From positions 92,630,001 to 92,694,000 of the forward strand of contig OZ076409.1 of assembly GCA_964187785.1 (NCBI GenBank): 64,000 nucleotides of DNA, in the 5' to 3' direction. The notes below the pieces were generated by a model. The model was not told where the DNA came from and ran no database searches. It saw only the letters and a program-made list of their open reading frames with translations. Made by a program: the position numbers and the translations under genes. The DNA is from Amphiscolops sp. MND2022. Taxonomy: Eukaryota. Positions 24,919 through 39,075 of the stretch are shown piece after piece (position 1 is the stretch's first letter; each line of letters begins with the position of its first letter).

Positions 24919-27900
24919 TCAGCAGGATTTTTGAGAAAGTGAAATTATATCCTTTTCACCAAGAAAGAGTCGGTAGTCTTTTCTTGGTTGTGGGCGGAAA
25001 TTGTATCTATTATAGGAGTGTCTTCGGGGATTAATAAAATTATCATAATCATGAATATCTGATTGGTTATCCAGGGAGGTATTTTGAGAAATTTGTTCTT
25101 TTTGTTTATATGGAAATGAAGAATATTGGTTAAATGGTTCTGGTTGTAAATCAATCGTGGATGGTATATCCGTTTCTTTATTAAATGTTGTGGAAGGAAA
25201 TTGTTCTTCGTCTGTAAATTTCAAATTTAAGTTGTCTTCATCAGAGTTAATTATTTGATCGTTTGTATTTAAATGACAGTCATTAAATAAATGAGGGTTA
25301 TATTGTTGTATGAAAGGGAAAATAACTGGTTCTTTTGGATAATAAGGAATTAAATGATTTCTATGTATGTGCGATGTATAACCATCTTGATTAACAATTT
25401 CATATGTTCATTACGATACACATGCCGGTACGAACCGGTAGGATCCTGCTAGTTCGATTTTTGTCCAATCAGAGCGCGAATATTTTTTTTGGAAGTTTTA
25501 CACTTTTCTCACATTACGCGCATTGATAGGCCGTTACACTCGTTGATTTTGCTACGTACGTTGACTAGTTTACACCATTGGATAGTACAGTAATTGACTA
25601 GCTTACACCATATGACTAGTTTAAGCAATTTGACTAACTACACTGTGCATCTCATATTTACACATAGTTCTGGCAATTACGGGTTTTATAAGTTATATCG
25701 GAGAGTTTGTTAATAATTTTGAATGGGCCAATTCTGAGAGGTTTTAATTTATCGGAAAAATGAACATGGAGAAAATTTCTTTTTAGTACAAATGTACCAA
25801 TATCTAAGGGTCTTGGATTGTGATATGTTTTGTTAAAATAAGCATAGGAATTAATCTTTCTTTTTGTGTTTTCATATACCGTATGGTATATCTGTATCAT
25901 AGCAGTTTCAGTAGCTAAGATCCATTGTGGAATTGGTTTAGCTAAAATTTTATGAAAGAAAGGGTTTAGATTTGATTTGTCATAGTGTGTATGAAGTGGT
26001 AATTCTTGACAATATTGAGAAGTACAATTTCTATATGTATCTCTTTGGAGATTGAGTTCAAAGTTGATTGGAATTCTGGGTATAGTATGGAATACTATTT
26101 CATTTGGAGATAAGTTTAATTCAGAAAGTGGTTGTGAATTATGTGCATAAGCATACATATGGACTTGAGTTGACCAATTTTCTGGAGTGTTATGTAAGAA
26201 AAGTCTGAGATGAGTTCCAAGATTTCTGTTTTGATTTTCAACTAAACCATTTGTCCATGGTGCATAAGGAGTTCTTGGTGAATGTCTAATTCCCATTGTG
26301 GTACAAAGATTTGCAAATTCTGAATTAATATATTCTGTTCCACGGTCGGTAACTAGGTATACAGGAGGTCCAAATTTTGTTATCCAATGATGTAGTAATG
26401 AGTTAACAGCGTTTTGAGCATTATTTTGTTTTATGGGTACTGTTACTACAAAGTGACTAAAAGCGTCTACTATAACGTGAATGTATGAATTTTGATTTGA
26501 TGGTGGGTTTATAGGTCCTTTTGTATCCATTGATATTCGGTAATTAAAATATGAAGCATTTTCTGAGAAGGTTTGTATAGATGCAGTTTGTAATTTTTGG
26601 TTAATATGTTTATTTTGTTGGCATTCAATGCAATCATGGATGAATATTGACATCCATTTATTCAGGTACGGTATGAAGTAAAATTGGTTGAAAGCTTTGA
26701 TGGATATTTTTATTCCTGAATGTCCATGAGCATGAAGTTTGTTAAAAGCTGTGTGGAAAAGTTTAAATGGTAGACATATTTTGTCTCTTTGATTCGGGTT
26801 GGAATCGTGAAGATTAGGATAATCTATGTGAATAATTTTTGTATCACGATTAATATATAATTGGTTGAAGAGTTTGTAATATACTAATAAGAAAGAGTTA
26901 GCTGCAATTGTTGGGTCTATTTGTAAGGGTCTTTCATTATTAAGTATCCATTGGTAAGCCTTTTGTAAAACAGTATCTTGATTTTGTTGAGTTTTTATTG
27001 TTTCAATGGTTATTTGTGTATCTTCTGGTAGGAAGAAGTAATTAAAATATTTTTTGTATTTGAAAAAGGACGGATCAAAAAATGGAACTTGTTGTGTACA
27101 ATAGTCAGATTTGGTAGGATATTGTATAGCAAGGGTGTATTCTTTTACTATGTTCGAGTTTTGTTGTTGGATATTATTTGATGGTGTTATTTCATCTTCA
27201 TCACTAAGAATGTCAGTATCATTAAGAATTGTCGATTGTTGTAAAAGAGATTTTGCTTGTTTTTTTGTAGGCTTTTTATATTTTGATTCGAATGGAACAA
27301 TAGATTGAAAAGAGAAGGAATCTAAAGGCTTTATATGTATATCTTCTCCTTTGTTATTTATACGGATGGAGAATTGGTCGTCTCCGTAGTCAGCAAGGAT
27401 AGGATGACAATCATTCTTTTGATTATATTTTATTTCTTCATGTTTTACTAAATAATGTACTGGTTTGAGTTGATTATCTTTCATGATAGAGAAATCTATT
27501 TGAGGTGGTAATTGTTTGTGTCGTAATTGGTGTACTTGTAGCTGTTCTTTTGTAAAGGTTCTTGAAAGCATATCTGCTACAGTTAAATTTTTTCCAGGGG
27601 TATGAAAGATTTTTAATTTGGAAAATTTGGTTAATTGCATTTGTGCTCTATAGAATCTAGGACTAAGATTTCCTTTTTTTGCGAAACAATGTAATAAAGG
27701 CTTGTGATCTGTGAAGAGATATATAGGATGAGGAGATCCAATGATCAAAAATTCATATATTTGTAATGCGTAAACTATTGCAAGAAGTTCTCTGTCTAAA
27801 GTTGAAAGTTTTTGTTCTTGTGTATTGAGAATTCTGGAGTTATAAGAGATTACTTTCATCTTATTTTCTTCGTTCATTTGGAATAAGACTGCGCTTAAAA

Positions 27901-30900
27901 CCTACTAACGATTCATCTACTGTTATAAAAAATGGATGCGTGGTGTTGGGTATTGTTAATTCAGTGTCTGCTGTCATTGCGTTTTTAACATTTTGAAATA
28001 GTTTTTCTAATTCAGGTGTCCATTGAAATTTAACATCATAATGTAGTAAAGTATACAATGGTTTAAGGTTTATATGAAGTTTTTCAATGAATTTTGAATA
28101 AAAGTTAACACTGCCAAGAAATTGCATAACATCTTTCTTTTCTTTTGGTGATGGGATTCTTTTAATAGCTTCAATTTTGGATGGAATTGGCTTAATTGTG
28201 TTGTTACCAATTTCATGTCCAAGGAATTTTACTTTGAGTAACATGTAGAACGATTTTTCAGGTGCAAGTTTGAGATTTTCTCGAGATGCTATTGTATGTA
28301 ATTCTTTTATAAGTTCAAACATTTCTTGTTTTTCATTTGCGAGTAATAGAATATCATCTATATAAACTAACGCAGAACGTTTGTCTATAAGTGATCTAAA
28401 GAAAGTTGACATTTGTTTTGTGAAAAAGTTTGGAAGTCCTTTTAATCCGTAAAATCCACGGATAAAGGCGTATAATTTGTCACCGGATGAAAATCCTGTA
28501 AGTTTAATTGTTTCTTCATCTAATGGTGTATGAGCATATGCATACATTAGATCAATAGTTGATTTTTATTTTTTATTTGCTCTAGCTAATTGAGGAGCTA
28601 AAGGTTCAATAGGCCAAGATTCAAGTTCTTGGTTAGTGTTTGAGTTTAGATGTCTTGCGTCTAAAACAACTTTTATTGCGTCTCCTTTTGGGATAATAAT
28701 TAAAGGGTTTAAAAATGTTGTTCCAATAGTATGTTTTTCATCTGTTGTTGAACCAATTTGTTTTATGATGTTGTATTTTTCGAGTTCTAGTAAAAGTTTA
28801 TTTAGTCTATCTCTATAGTGGATAGGTACTTTAGAAGGTCTTTGTGTGTGAAGTTTACAATTATCTTTTATTCTAATTCGAAAAGGAGTAGAAATCTTTC
28901 CTACGTCGTTTTTATGTTTGGCGTAACAATTTTGGTTGTTAATTAGAATATTGCAGAGATTTACATATTCTGTATCGGTTAAATCTGAGTATTCGAAATT
29001 GAACTTCTTTATGAATTGTTGGTTTTCTGTAGAATAGGGTAATGGAGGGAAATCTTTTCGAATTTTATCTGAAGGTCAAAGGTTTCCAGTAACAGAAAGT
29101 ATAGGAAGTTGAAGTGTTTTGTCGTTAATTTCTATCTTGTTTATTTCTAATAGGGATTGTGGTATTACCCTAGTACATAAGTTCATATCTGTATATGGAT
29201 TTTGTTTAATCGGGGTTGTCGTATCAGGGTGATATGCATGTATTACAGAGTGAGTGAGTGAATTTACATCGTTAACTCTGTAGTGAGGAGGAGTTGTTTG
29301 CGTAATAGGTATTTCTATATATCCAATAATTCCTCGTGGTAATGTAGCTGGGTAAGATGTAAAGTTTTGAATTATAGTTGCACATGAGTCTTTGCTTTTT
29401 TCATTGACTTTTTATTGTCTAAGAAATGAAAGATATTTTTAAATTTTTGTAAGAAATATGTATATGGGTTTGTTGGGTAGAACTTCGTATTATCTTCGAG
29501 TTCAAAATGTAGATTTGATTAGTTTTTAATTGGGAAATGTATGGTTTTTCCTGACCTTGGTTTAAAGTGAATTGGTTCCTTACATTTAATAGTATAAATG
29601 TAAGAAATATATGGATAATCTTTTTCTGTAAATGTAGAAAATGTAGTTTTTGTTGAAAGCTTTGGATGTTGTTCTGTGTACGTCATAATGTTTTGTTGAA
29701 AATCAATATTTTGGATGTGCTTTTTGATAAAGGGTGTTCCAAGAATGTTGTATTTGATATTTGCTACGGCAAAATCGATATTGAAGGATCGTGTTTTGTG
29801 ATTTACTTCAGTGAAACAAGTCATCGAAATATAATGTATTATTGGTACTTCAGTTTGGTTTGCAACTGTAAGAGTTTTGGCTCTTTTGTTTTGGAGGTTA
29901 GTTGGAAGATTGATGTTTAATTGTTTGGAAATTACATGAAATGTTGGTAAATTCAAAACAGATATGGAAGCTCCAGTATCTAAAAGGAATAAGATTTCTA
30001 ATTTTGAAGGTAATATGTTGTCATTTGTTTCAGAGGCGTGAATATATAGTGGATAAAACCAACTATAAGGGGTGATTGTATTAGCTATTTCAGTCATTTG
30101 ACAGGTGTGGATTTCAAATTTTGTACTATCATTTACTTTTGGGGTTTTAACGTCTACTTGATTTATTCTGTTTTGTTGTCTGTTTCTTGAGGGTGTTCTA
30201 GAGCTTGATCTAAAATCTCTAGGACTTGATGGAGATCTATATGGGTAATTATATCGTTTAAAGGAGTTTCCTTGTGATTGAGAACGAGATCTGTATCTTG
30301 AGCGAGAATTATATCTGTAATTTGAGTTATTTCTGTATGGAGATTTATATGGAGATCTAGATGGAGTTCTTCTTTGATAATAATTATCAAATCGAGATCT
30401 ATACGGACTTCGGGATCGATTATAATATCTTTGTCGAGAGTTTGATCTATAGTTGTTTTGCAAATATTCTCTACTATTGCTACGATATCTATCATTGTTT
30501 CTGTATCTATCATTATAGTAGTTTTGATTATTTTTATTACGATCATTATCTGAGGAAGAAGAGTTTGTATTTTCATTTCGATTTTCCTGATGATTATTAG
30601 GTTTACTGCGAAAATATTGTACAAAGGATTGTTGAGGAGTTCGTGATCTTTGGTTATTGTATTTCTGGTATTCGTCATCACGTTGTTTTTGATAACAATT
30701 TGAAATACTATGATTATTTTTATGACAATAGGAACAATATTTTCTATACGCTGGTTTGCTTTTGTTATTTGGGTCTCCAGTTTGAGTAACCATTATCTGA
30801 TCTTCGTATTCAAATTCTTTTTTGTTAGTATCCTCTTCAAGCGATACTTTGATTATTTCTAGGGCTAAATCGTTAGTTCTGATTTTTTCATTAGCAATAT

Positions 30901-33255
30901 CTTCTGAATCGACATGTCTAACAAGTGTATGAAATGGTATTGAAGGTTCAAGTAATGTTGATACATGTTTAACTTGTCGTTTATGGGCAAATCTTTTAAC
31001 TTCTTTGGTAACCCTTTTGTAAAGATTTCAATATTTTTGAGATTTATGGTAGCTGCATTTTCATTACACCATCCCTTTTTAACTAATTGTTGTACTCTAA
31101 GGGCAAAGTGGCGAACTGTTTCATTATCCTTTTTCATGAGTGACATAGCTTCTACTTGAGCGTAGTAAGCAGTTTTTTGAGATGAGAATTGTTTTTTGAA
31201 TAGTTGTACAAAAGAATTCCATTGTTGTTTGGAGGATATATGGAGGTTAGTGTACCAATCAAGAGCTCTTCCTATTAATGAACATTGTATGTGAGCCATG
31301 CGTCTGTTATGCCAAGATTTGTATTTTATAGGATTATTTTGAGGTTCTTCACCTATGGCGAAGGTTAATCTTGCTTCGACTTGTTGTAGATATTCTTCGG
31401 GGGTGTAAGAATGGTCCAAACCATCAAAAGGTTTCAAAGGTTCTGGTGTTGAAGCGGACATGTTTATAAAGATATCATGCGGCATTGGGAAATATTGGGG
31501 TGGCGGAGCTAATTGTTGTGTGAGTGGTGGAGGTATATGTTGGATTGTATTTAGTGGTAATGGGTTAGGATTAGGGTTAGGATTTGGATTTGAATGCGTT
31601 TGATACAGAGGATCAGTTGGTATATGTGTGAGTGAAGGATTATGAAGTCTTCTTTGAGAATCCTGTGTAATATTAGAATAAGAAATGGAAGTACACGAGG
31701 TTCCTCGATTTTGAGAATATATATTCTGGGACGTATTGGTATTTGATAATTGTATGAAGGGGTTTTGTGTTGTTGAAATTGTATTAATTTGAGAGTGGTT
31801 TTGGTTTATATTTGTATTGGTAGTTGTGTTTGATGGAGGATAAAAGTTATAATTAAATGGATCGTAATATCGGTTGGAAGTTTGAGGATTATCATTAAAA
31901 TTGTTACTAGAAATGGTTGATCGGTTTGAGCGAAAGGCGGAGGGAATTGATGGAGGATCATATCTAGGTCGAGTAATGTATCTTGAAGAATCAGAGGTGG
32001 TTCTTGTTGGAGATGCAACATTAGCAGAAGTATTCTGAGCACTAGATGTAGTCATAGTATTATATTGTAATGTATCATGGGTTTCATCGTTTATATCATC
32101 TGGATGTGGAAGGTTAAAAGTTATATTACGGTTTGGAGATGTATCTAAATGAGATTGAGGACTATGTATATTTTGTCTTTGATTTACAACTCTAGTGGGA
32201 ACTCTAGAGGAGTGAGTATGTACTGATGTTGATGTCCCTGTTTGTGATGGATTATATGTTGAGATTGTAGATTTTTGGGTAGTAAACTCATTATCGTTAT
32301 AGTTTTCAGGTTGATTTTGTTGTTGGGTTGTATTTTCCTGATCGGTGTTATCATCTTCAGTAGAATTGTTAGTGTTAAAATGTAAATTTTGTTGATCTTG
32401 AGAATTTTGTTGATAGTGGTAAGGTCTATTATCTGGGAATAGATCATTTTCTGTAATTAATAGAGGATCGAAACGTATGTAATCTAAGGTTTGTTTTGTA
32501 ATTAATTGTGGTTTATGAAAGTAAGGGTGTTCATTTTGTTCACTGATGATGAATGGTAAACATTCTTCTGATGTAAATTGATCTGGAAATTCTGTAAAAG
32601 CAGATTGATCTTGTTGAGACCATAATAATTGATAATTAAATCTGAAATATTTTCTGAGAAATAAAGATATTACTTTGATCTGAGGAATTGTTTGGTCATT
32701 TAATGTTAGGTCTTTGAAGTAGTGGTAGATGAATATTTGAATTCGTAAAATATCAGCTTGTAACCAATGATGAGGGTTGTCTTCAGGATTAACCAATGTT
32801 TCAATAATTTCTACGTCGAAATTGTCTATGTATCGTTGAAGATCGTCGAGTGCATTTGGACTATATTTTGGAATTTCGTGTGCTAAATTGTGGTCTTTTA
32901 CTTTATTTAGAAAAGCATGAAAAACTTGTTTATTAGGAACTTGAAGGTTTATTGGTTTTATTGTTCTTCTGTATATATGAGATGAGTTAAATTTTTGTTG
33001 AGGAAAGGATATTTGAAAAGTTGGGTATTCTTCGGTGATTGTTAAAACTTTATATCTAATATAGAAAAGGTATGTGTCCAAATGTTCTCTAATAAGAGGG
33101 ATTGTTTCAATTGTGTGTGGTTCATTTTCAAATGGGAGTGGTTGTGTATAATGTGAAAGAATGTTTTGTAGAAATGGGTTTAGTTCTAATTTTACAACTT
33201 TTGCATTTTTAATGACGGGAGTTTGGAAAGGTAGAGGAGTTGTCGTTGAGGACAT
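24919..33255 (-). pseudogene. gag-pol: gag-pol of element B (Gag, CCHC knuckle, RS-rich tract, protease, RT, RNase H, integrase) with multiple frameshifts/stops
   Basis: LKPFDG..EEYLQQVE, SLIGRALDWY, CSYCHKNNHSISNC, LLDTGAS, YIDD, TDHKPL, ADMLSR, HAHGH..CIEC, MDTKGP / TDRGTEY / NGLVE, GPF and terminal RYNFRP. Broken near 30990, 29520-29000, 27900 and 25409-25687. Confidence 0.93.
25409..25687. mobile_element. ~280-bp insertion interrupting the integrase C-terminal (GPY/F) domain of element B
   Basis: The reading frame ..KLSDITY resumes as YEIVNQDGYTSHIHRNHLIPYYP on the far side. Flanked by the imperfect duplication ATATGTT / ATAAGTT. Internal TGACTAG..TACACCAT repeats; no TIRs seen. Confidence 0.7.
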
Positions 33256-34611
33256 TTTTAAAGTTTATCTCTTATCACTGTAAGTATTTTTTCAAGAAGA
33301 ACACAAACTTTAAATAAGACACAAAACGTGTATGTTGTAATGAGTACTACTGTGGTAACCTTTTCCCACATGTTGTAATGTGAAGGTTATAACGTTGGAA
33401 TGTCTTGTATAAAGATTTTCTAAGTTCGAGCTCTTGGGTAATTTCTTTGTTGATTTATGATAAAGAAGAAATATCGTTGATATCGTTCAATTAATCTTTC
33501 AAAACCGTTTGGTGTAGGGTTTTGAAGTGAGCTAATTGGTGGAATGTAAAAGTTGAAAGGATAAATTTCTTGGTTTGGGTTCATATAAGTTGTATTGTAA
33601 TTTGAAGTTATTTGAGAAGTTAATATTTTCGGATAGAGAAGAAATAAGCGGGTGCAGTAGGATCTGTATTCAACCGCAAAGGATTGCTAACAGAAACTAA
33701 ATGTTATTTTAAGTCTGGATCACTTTAAGGTGTCTAACATAAGGTTACTGACACGTCCAGAAAAAACTAAGGTTGTTTTAATTTTAAGTGGGTTGTGTGT
33801 TTTAAGACTAAAGGAGTGGAACTCTGAACAATCAACGTCCACTATCCAAAGTCTGATCAATACTGATCAAGATCAAAATTTGATCTTTGTTTCTTTTACT
33901 TTTACTTTTAATTCTTGAGAATTTTGAAGATTCGAACGTAGTTCGGTGTCCTCTCGATTCTCCTTAAAAACGTTTACACTTAACTAAGGGTTTTAGTCAG
34001 TCTTAGAATCAGAGTACGCTGGTGAGGCTGTCTGATTGGCTAAGTCTTACGGGAGGGGATAGGAATTGTGGGTGCCTGAAAGTAGAAAACTAACTTTACT
34101 TTGTTTGTGTTATTTACATGCCTTATTTTAAGTTTTAAAGCAAAAGAGTTGTTAAAATTGTATGTTGTATTTTGTTAAAATAATTGTTTTGTAGGATTAT
34201 GTTAAAATTATTATTATTGGAAGTACTTGAGGTAAGTTTGGGTTTATTTGTTATTGTTATATTTGTTGGTTATTGAAAACATTTTTGAAGTTATTTGTAT
34301 TATTTAAGTTTTGTGAATTTATTTGTATTGTTTGTCGACAATAGGGAAAGAAAGGGAATAGTGCGTGGTTGTTTTTGGTAGTTAGTCTTGGTTGCCTTTT
34401 TTTTGTTTTCAGAGTCTATTTCTGAAATTTTTTTGTAGGAAATTTTGTAGAAAGGGGATCCGAAACGTAAAAGTAGAAAATCCAGGTTTTCTGCCAACAC
34501 GAAGTTGATCTTGAGACGTATGTGCTTATAGGTGAGCGGAGTTGGACATGCACTCAGTCAACTATTACACCAGGAGTCCACCTGACGTTCAAGATAGCAG
34601 GATTGAAGGAA

Positions 34612-34945
34612 GTTGCTGTGTCAAAGGTGTTAGAAAACCTTGATAAACCAGACAAATGTTGCTGTGTCAAAGGTGTTAGAAAACCTTGATAAACCAGACA
34701 AACATCAGAGAACTGTTTCAACAAGCTTCCGGATTAGCTGTGATAAATCAGTATGGAGAACAGAACTGTGTCACTTTGGATATATCAGTCTGGAAAAAGA
34801 AGAAAAACAGAACTGTGTCACAATGGATAAATCAGTCCGAAATGAAACCGTTTCAACGTATTGGAAAACGTGATAAACCGGTATGGCTAGAAGAACAGGA
34901 AGAAGAACCGTGTCAACGTGTTGGAAAACGTGATAAACCGGTAGT
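34612..34945. repeat. Tandem repeat block in the 5' leader of element B
   Basis: A 46-bp unit GTTGCTGTGTCAAAGGTGTTAGAAAACCTTGATAAACCAGACAAA occurs twice, followed by degenerate AACTGTGTCA / GATAAACCGG units. Confidence 0.8.
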
Positions 34946-35170
34946 GAAGAAATTTTATTATATTAAAGTTGATTGTTGTAGTGGAGAAATTGTGTTTCGA
35001 ACGATGATGTATTTATTAATGAAATTTAGAAAGTCACAGACCAAACTTTCAAGAAATTCTAGAAAGATTTCACTGCAATTCCAGAGAATTTCAAATATGG
35101 AGAGTGGTATTTGTATGATTGTTGAGAGAAGAGAAATCATCAAGGAGAAAAGGCAAAAGAAAAAATTTTA

Positions 35171-35182
35171 CAAGTCGCACCA
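35171..35182 (-). other. primer binding site of element B (TGGTGCGACTTG)
   Basis: TGG begins 3 nt after the 5' LTR end. The cognate tRNA was not determined. Confidence 0.7.
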
Positions 35183-35185
35183 AAT

Positions 35186-35454
35186 TGTGCTGCTTTTAAT
35201 GGTTGGTTATTGTTTTTGATGGTCTTATACGCAACTACTAAAAGCGGCTGAGAGACAGGCTAGCTAGCTTACTTTATTACAACTATTCCGAGGTGTTAGG
35301 AGTAGAACAAAAAGGAAGTCAACTGAATACTGATTATTAGTTTTCTCTCTCTGAAGGAGTAGAGATTTACAATCATTCAATAACAAATAAATGTACATTC
35401 TAGAACTTTCTATAAGCATCTAAATACTATTGGTTATTAATGTAGGTCAGTACA
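35186..35454 (-). repeat. 5' LTR of element B
   Basis: 269 bp, TG..CA ends, followed on plus by the TSD CTAT. Confidence 0.95.
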
Positions 35455-37355
35455 CTATCAAGAGTGTCAAGAGAATGAATAAGTTGTAAAACAAACAGAA
35501 ATTTTGTTTACAAGTATTTGCTGTTGTTCGCACTACCAGCTACACTATCATTCTTTGAAGTATTGGATATAAAACAACACAAAGTAGTGAATTTCAGAAC
35601 GTGATAGCTTGGTAGGTAGCGCGAAAAGCTGAGGCATAATAAGGTACGCTGATCAAGCTGTAGTTGGCGTCGGTTTTTGTTTGCTTTTATTCACTTTTGT
35701 CAGTTCATCTCTTGAATTTCTTGGCAAGATCTTGCAAGATCTTACGAAATCGTGGATTTCTTGGTAAGAATCTTACCAAGATTCTTACCAAGAAATCGAG
35801 GAATATCCAAGATTCTTTTCAAGAGTTGCAAGAGTTTTTACACTGTGTGGTGGTTAGAAATGATGAAAATTTTTGTTTCATTATGAGAATTTTTCGGTTG
35901 AGAGAACAAAAAAACAGAATAGAAAAATGAATTAAAAACATTGCCAGTGAAAATTGGGCACATTCTCTTACCAAATATTTTATTTCCGTAACAACTTCTT
36001 CAAAACTTATTTGTCAAAGTCACTCTTCGTCCTCCAAGGCTTTTATGAGCATTTTGTAGCATTGAATGCTAAAAAAGGCTAGTTTTCAAATGAAAACACC
36101 TGTGTTCGAAAAATGAATGCTTTGAACATATTGCCCTCTTAGTTTTTCAAAAGATTCAGTTGAAATTTGTTCATATCAAACATTATTTTGACTGAGCAAC
36201 ATCGATGCTTAATGGAGACCAATATGTTTTGCGTGCGTATTCCAAATGTACATAGAAGCAACGCATTTTTGATGAAGCGCTTTATTTATGCAGATTCAAA
36301 ATTGGTGTCTCGAATATGCGAACACCTGCTCTTCAATAACACACCATCATAGTGCACACGCAAAAAGCACACAAACAATCAGCGCACGCTGGCAAAACCT
36401 GTAGTTAGAAAAAATACTTGAAATTTACACAAAATGCCAACTCTTATCACACAGCTCACTCTTCACGGTTCGTCTGAATTTTTTTGACAAATAACTCGAA
36501 ATCACTTCACGTTACTTACGTTATCTTACAGAAACCCTAGTCGAACCTGCCGAAAGTTTTCCATGTTGCATGTATGCATTCTAAATTTTTGATAAACATA
36601 GAAAATACTGAAAGCACGCATAGAAAAATTTTGTAAAATCGCCTAAGCAGCTTCCAAAAACCTAATAAATTTGCCTCGCAACTTATAAAAGCATGTAAAA
36701 GTTCAACTAGGGAACCCCAGGCGATAATTGCGTTGCAGGAAATGTAGCTTTCATCTGTAGCAAATATAAACGAATTTTCGAAGTTTTCGAGCAATATTAG
36801 AATGAACTATAAATCAGTAGATAACATTATTCGAAAGGGGCTCAAGATTTAAAGGTGCAAATAAATCTTCATTATCGGTCTTTTTTATTTGCACATCCTT
36901 GTTTTTCTGTAGTAACGGGGAATTCTTGGGGCTCATTGTTATTCAACCAGTTGTTAATGTTCGCCCAAAATTTTCCACCTTGCTGCTAAGATATCGACCT
37001 GCAAAAGGAAATGATGAAAACCAAAACTTTTCAATGTTTGACAAAATGCAGCGTGTAAAGGTCAAAGAATTATAGGTGTATTGAAGCAAGAAGGTCCCAC
37101 TTCTATACGCGATTAAGGCAAGACTGGACCATGTTTGCTAAAAATCATACACTCAAGATAAGCTTTTCTTACTGGAAATAAGGATCGATTCCAGAATAGT
37201 TGTGATTGTTAAACTTTGTTGCACTAGTGCAGGAGCTCCCTAGTTGAGACTGCTGGAACTCTTTTTACATGCTACAGGCCTGCATGCAGGGTAATTTTTT
37301 TAAAAACCCTTTTTCATATAGAACTGTTTCTTAATGAAACCTGCAAAACTTCAAG

Positions 37356-39075
37356 TGTAAGGAGTAAAGTCCGTATGATCCCTCAGATCACAAGCAGACC
37401 TTGAGTCCTTCTTTGTAATCTTCTCATTTGTATTTTTCCACATGTTCCCAGTTCTGTTCTCATCAAAGGACGTGGGCGGCTCAACGCCATGTTGGTTCAA
37501 AGGCAAATTTCCTACCATGTTTTGTATCTCTGGTATTATTCTCTCACTAATAGCACAGTTGATTGCTCTACTAATCTGGTTTTGCATGAAGTCCATCATG
37601 GTCTCCATTTCACGAGACATTCTCGCATTCATTTCACTTGATAGTGTATTGATCGATTCAACCAATCTTTCCTCCCTAACAGGCTCATTTTGATTATTGA
37701 TGTCTCTAATTTCATTTTCTTGGGACGAATTTTCCCTGTTTGGGAAAGGCCCATAGTCACGTCGCCCGTCTGGGACGTTTATGAGACTGTCCAATTCTCT
37801 TTCTATAGAATTTGAATTTCCATCCCCTAACATTACGTCCATGTTGTCGTAATCAGACAACATGTCCAATTCTCTTGACTTTCTGGCCTTGGCCTTTTGT
37901 CTTCTTGTGGAAGGCATAAAATATTTCTACAGGAGGTAATATTTGAATTATTCCTGTAATCGAGTAGTAAGAAAGCTTTACAAGACAACTTGTATAAATG
38001 CAAAGTTTGTAGGTTAACTGTATCAAGTTTAGCAAAATTGTGTCTTGCGAAGTCCCAACCTGGGTATATATACCTAAGTGGGCATGATTCGCAATTTTAT
38101 GGGGGTCATGATACTAAAAATAACTTACAAGTTATAAATAGAACACATCACTGCTAAAAATAGAATCATTACGTCACTACAGACAGGTAGGGGCGGGTAG
38201 ATCAAAGTGCCTTAGTAGGCCGAGTGACGCATGGAGTATAGCACTTACATGTAACGCAAAATACATAAACACTTTTACATGTAGGAAACTTTCATGTAAG
38301 ATACATATGACGGGTAGCTGAAGGGACTTATAGTTCCTTTTTAACATCATAACACAGCATCACCTTTGAACAGGTACATGAAGGCCCGGTACGGCCAATA
38401 GCCGTCCGGGTTTTCTAATTTAGTCTCATCAATATATAGAAAAGCAACACTGCATGTTAACACTATATGTGTTTGGTCATTACATGGGATGGGTTATTCG
38501 CGTCCTTCAATTGCTAATTAATCGAAACACTAATTTCATGTGATAAGTAATACAGCACTTGAGTATTCGTCATGTCGACCGGCCGAGTTGGGCCTTCTTT
38601 ATTGCACAGCACCAAGACAATTAGTACAAAAGATAGGGACGGCTATGTTATATAGCCGCTTTCGTCCTATTTCAATTATTGAATACTATTCAACCACAGC
38701 ATCAAAGCATAGTAAGGCCGGCCAAATTAATTGGCCGTATTGGTCCATTCTGAATAACTATTAGCACAGTTACGTAATAAGTAAAGGAATGGTTGTTATA
38801 AACTGCGCTGTGATTGGCCACTTAGCCGTTGACGGCCTAGCTAGCCATACTGGACAGGCAAACATTTGAACTCGTTTCCTCTTTGCCTGTCAGTATAACT
38901 TGCTGTCAAATGTCTTTTACATGAAAAATAATACTGCAATACATCAATCAACATACTCAAAATAAAACTAAATGTTTGAAAGTTTTGATTTATAATGGGA
39001 GTGTCCCAGGCAGAGCAATTGGCCTTGTGTGGTCGATTGTATAGACGTTCCCATCGCAGGCGGCAGCCTGCGACA
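37356..39075 (-). repeat. 3' LTR of element C; contains an intact copy of the first 187 gag codons (from 37917)
   Basis: Direct repeat of 51516-53235. Confidence 0.97.

Larger units (their letters stand above)
16730..35454 (-). mobile_element. Env-bearing Ty3/gypsy LTR retroelement B, 18,725 bp, full length
   Basis: Two 269-bp TG..CA LTRs, 4-bp TSD CTAT (16726-16729 and 35455-35458), PBS, PPT-like tract, gag-PR-RT-RH-IN order, env-like ORF. Confidence 0.95.
16581..35845. mobile_element. ~0.54-kb TIR element (MITE-like) split by insertion of element B (arms 16581-16729 and 35455-35845)
   Basis: CAGTGTAAAAACTCTGGAAACTCTTG at 16581 is the inverted repeat of CAAGAGTTGCAAGAGTTTTTACACTG ending at 35845 (2 mismatches). 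A related fragment lies at ~62200-62520. Confidence 0.7.

Noticed and set aside
34612..34945. Repeat-spacer-like pattern resembling a CRISPR array
   Set aside because: Head-to-tail degenerate tandem units in a retroelement leader, eukaryotic context, no cas genes.
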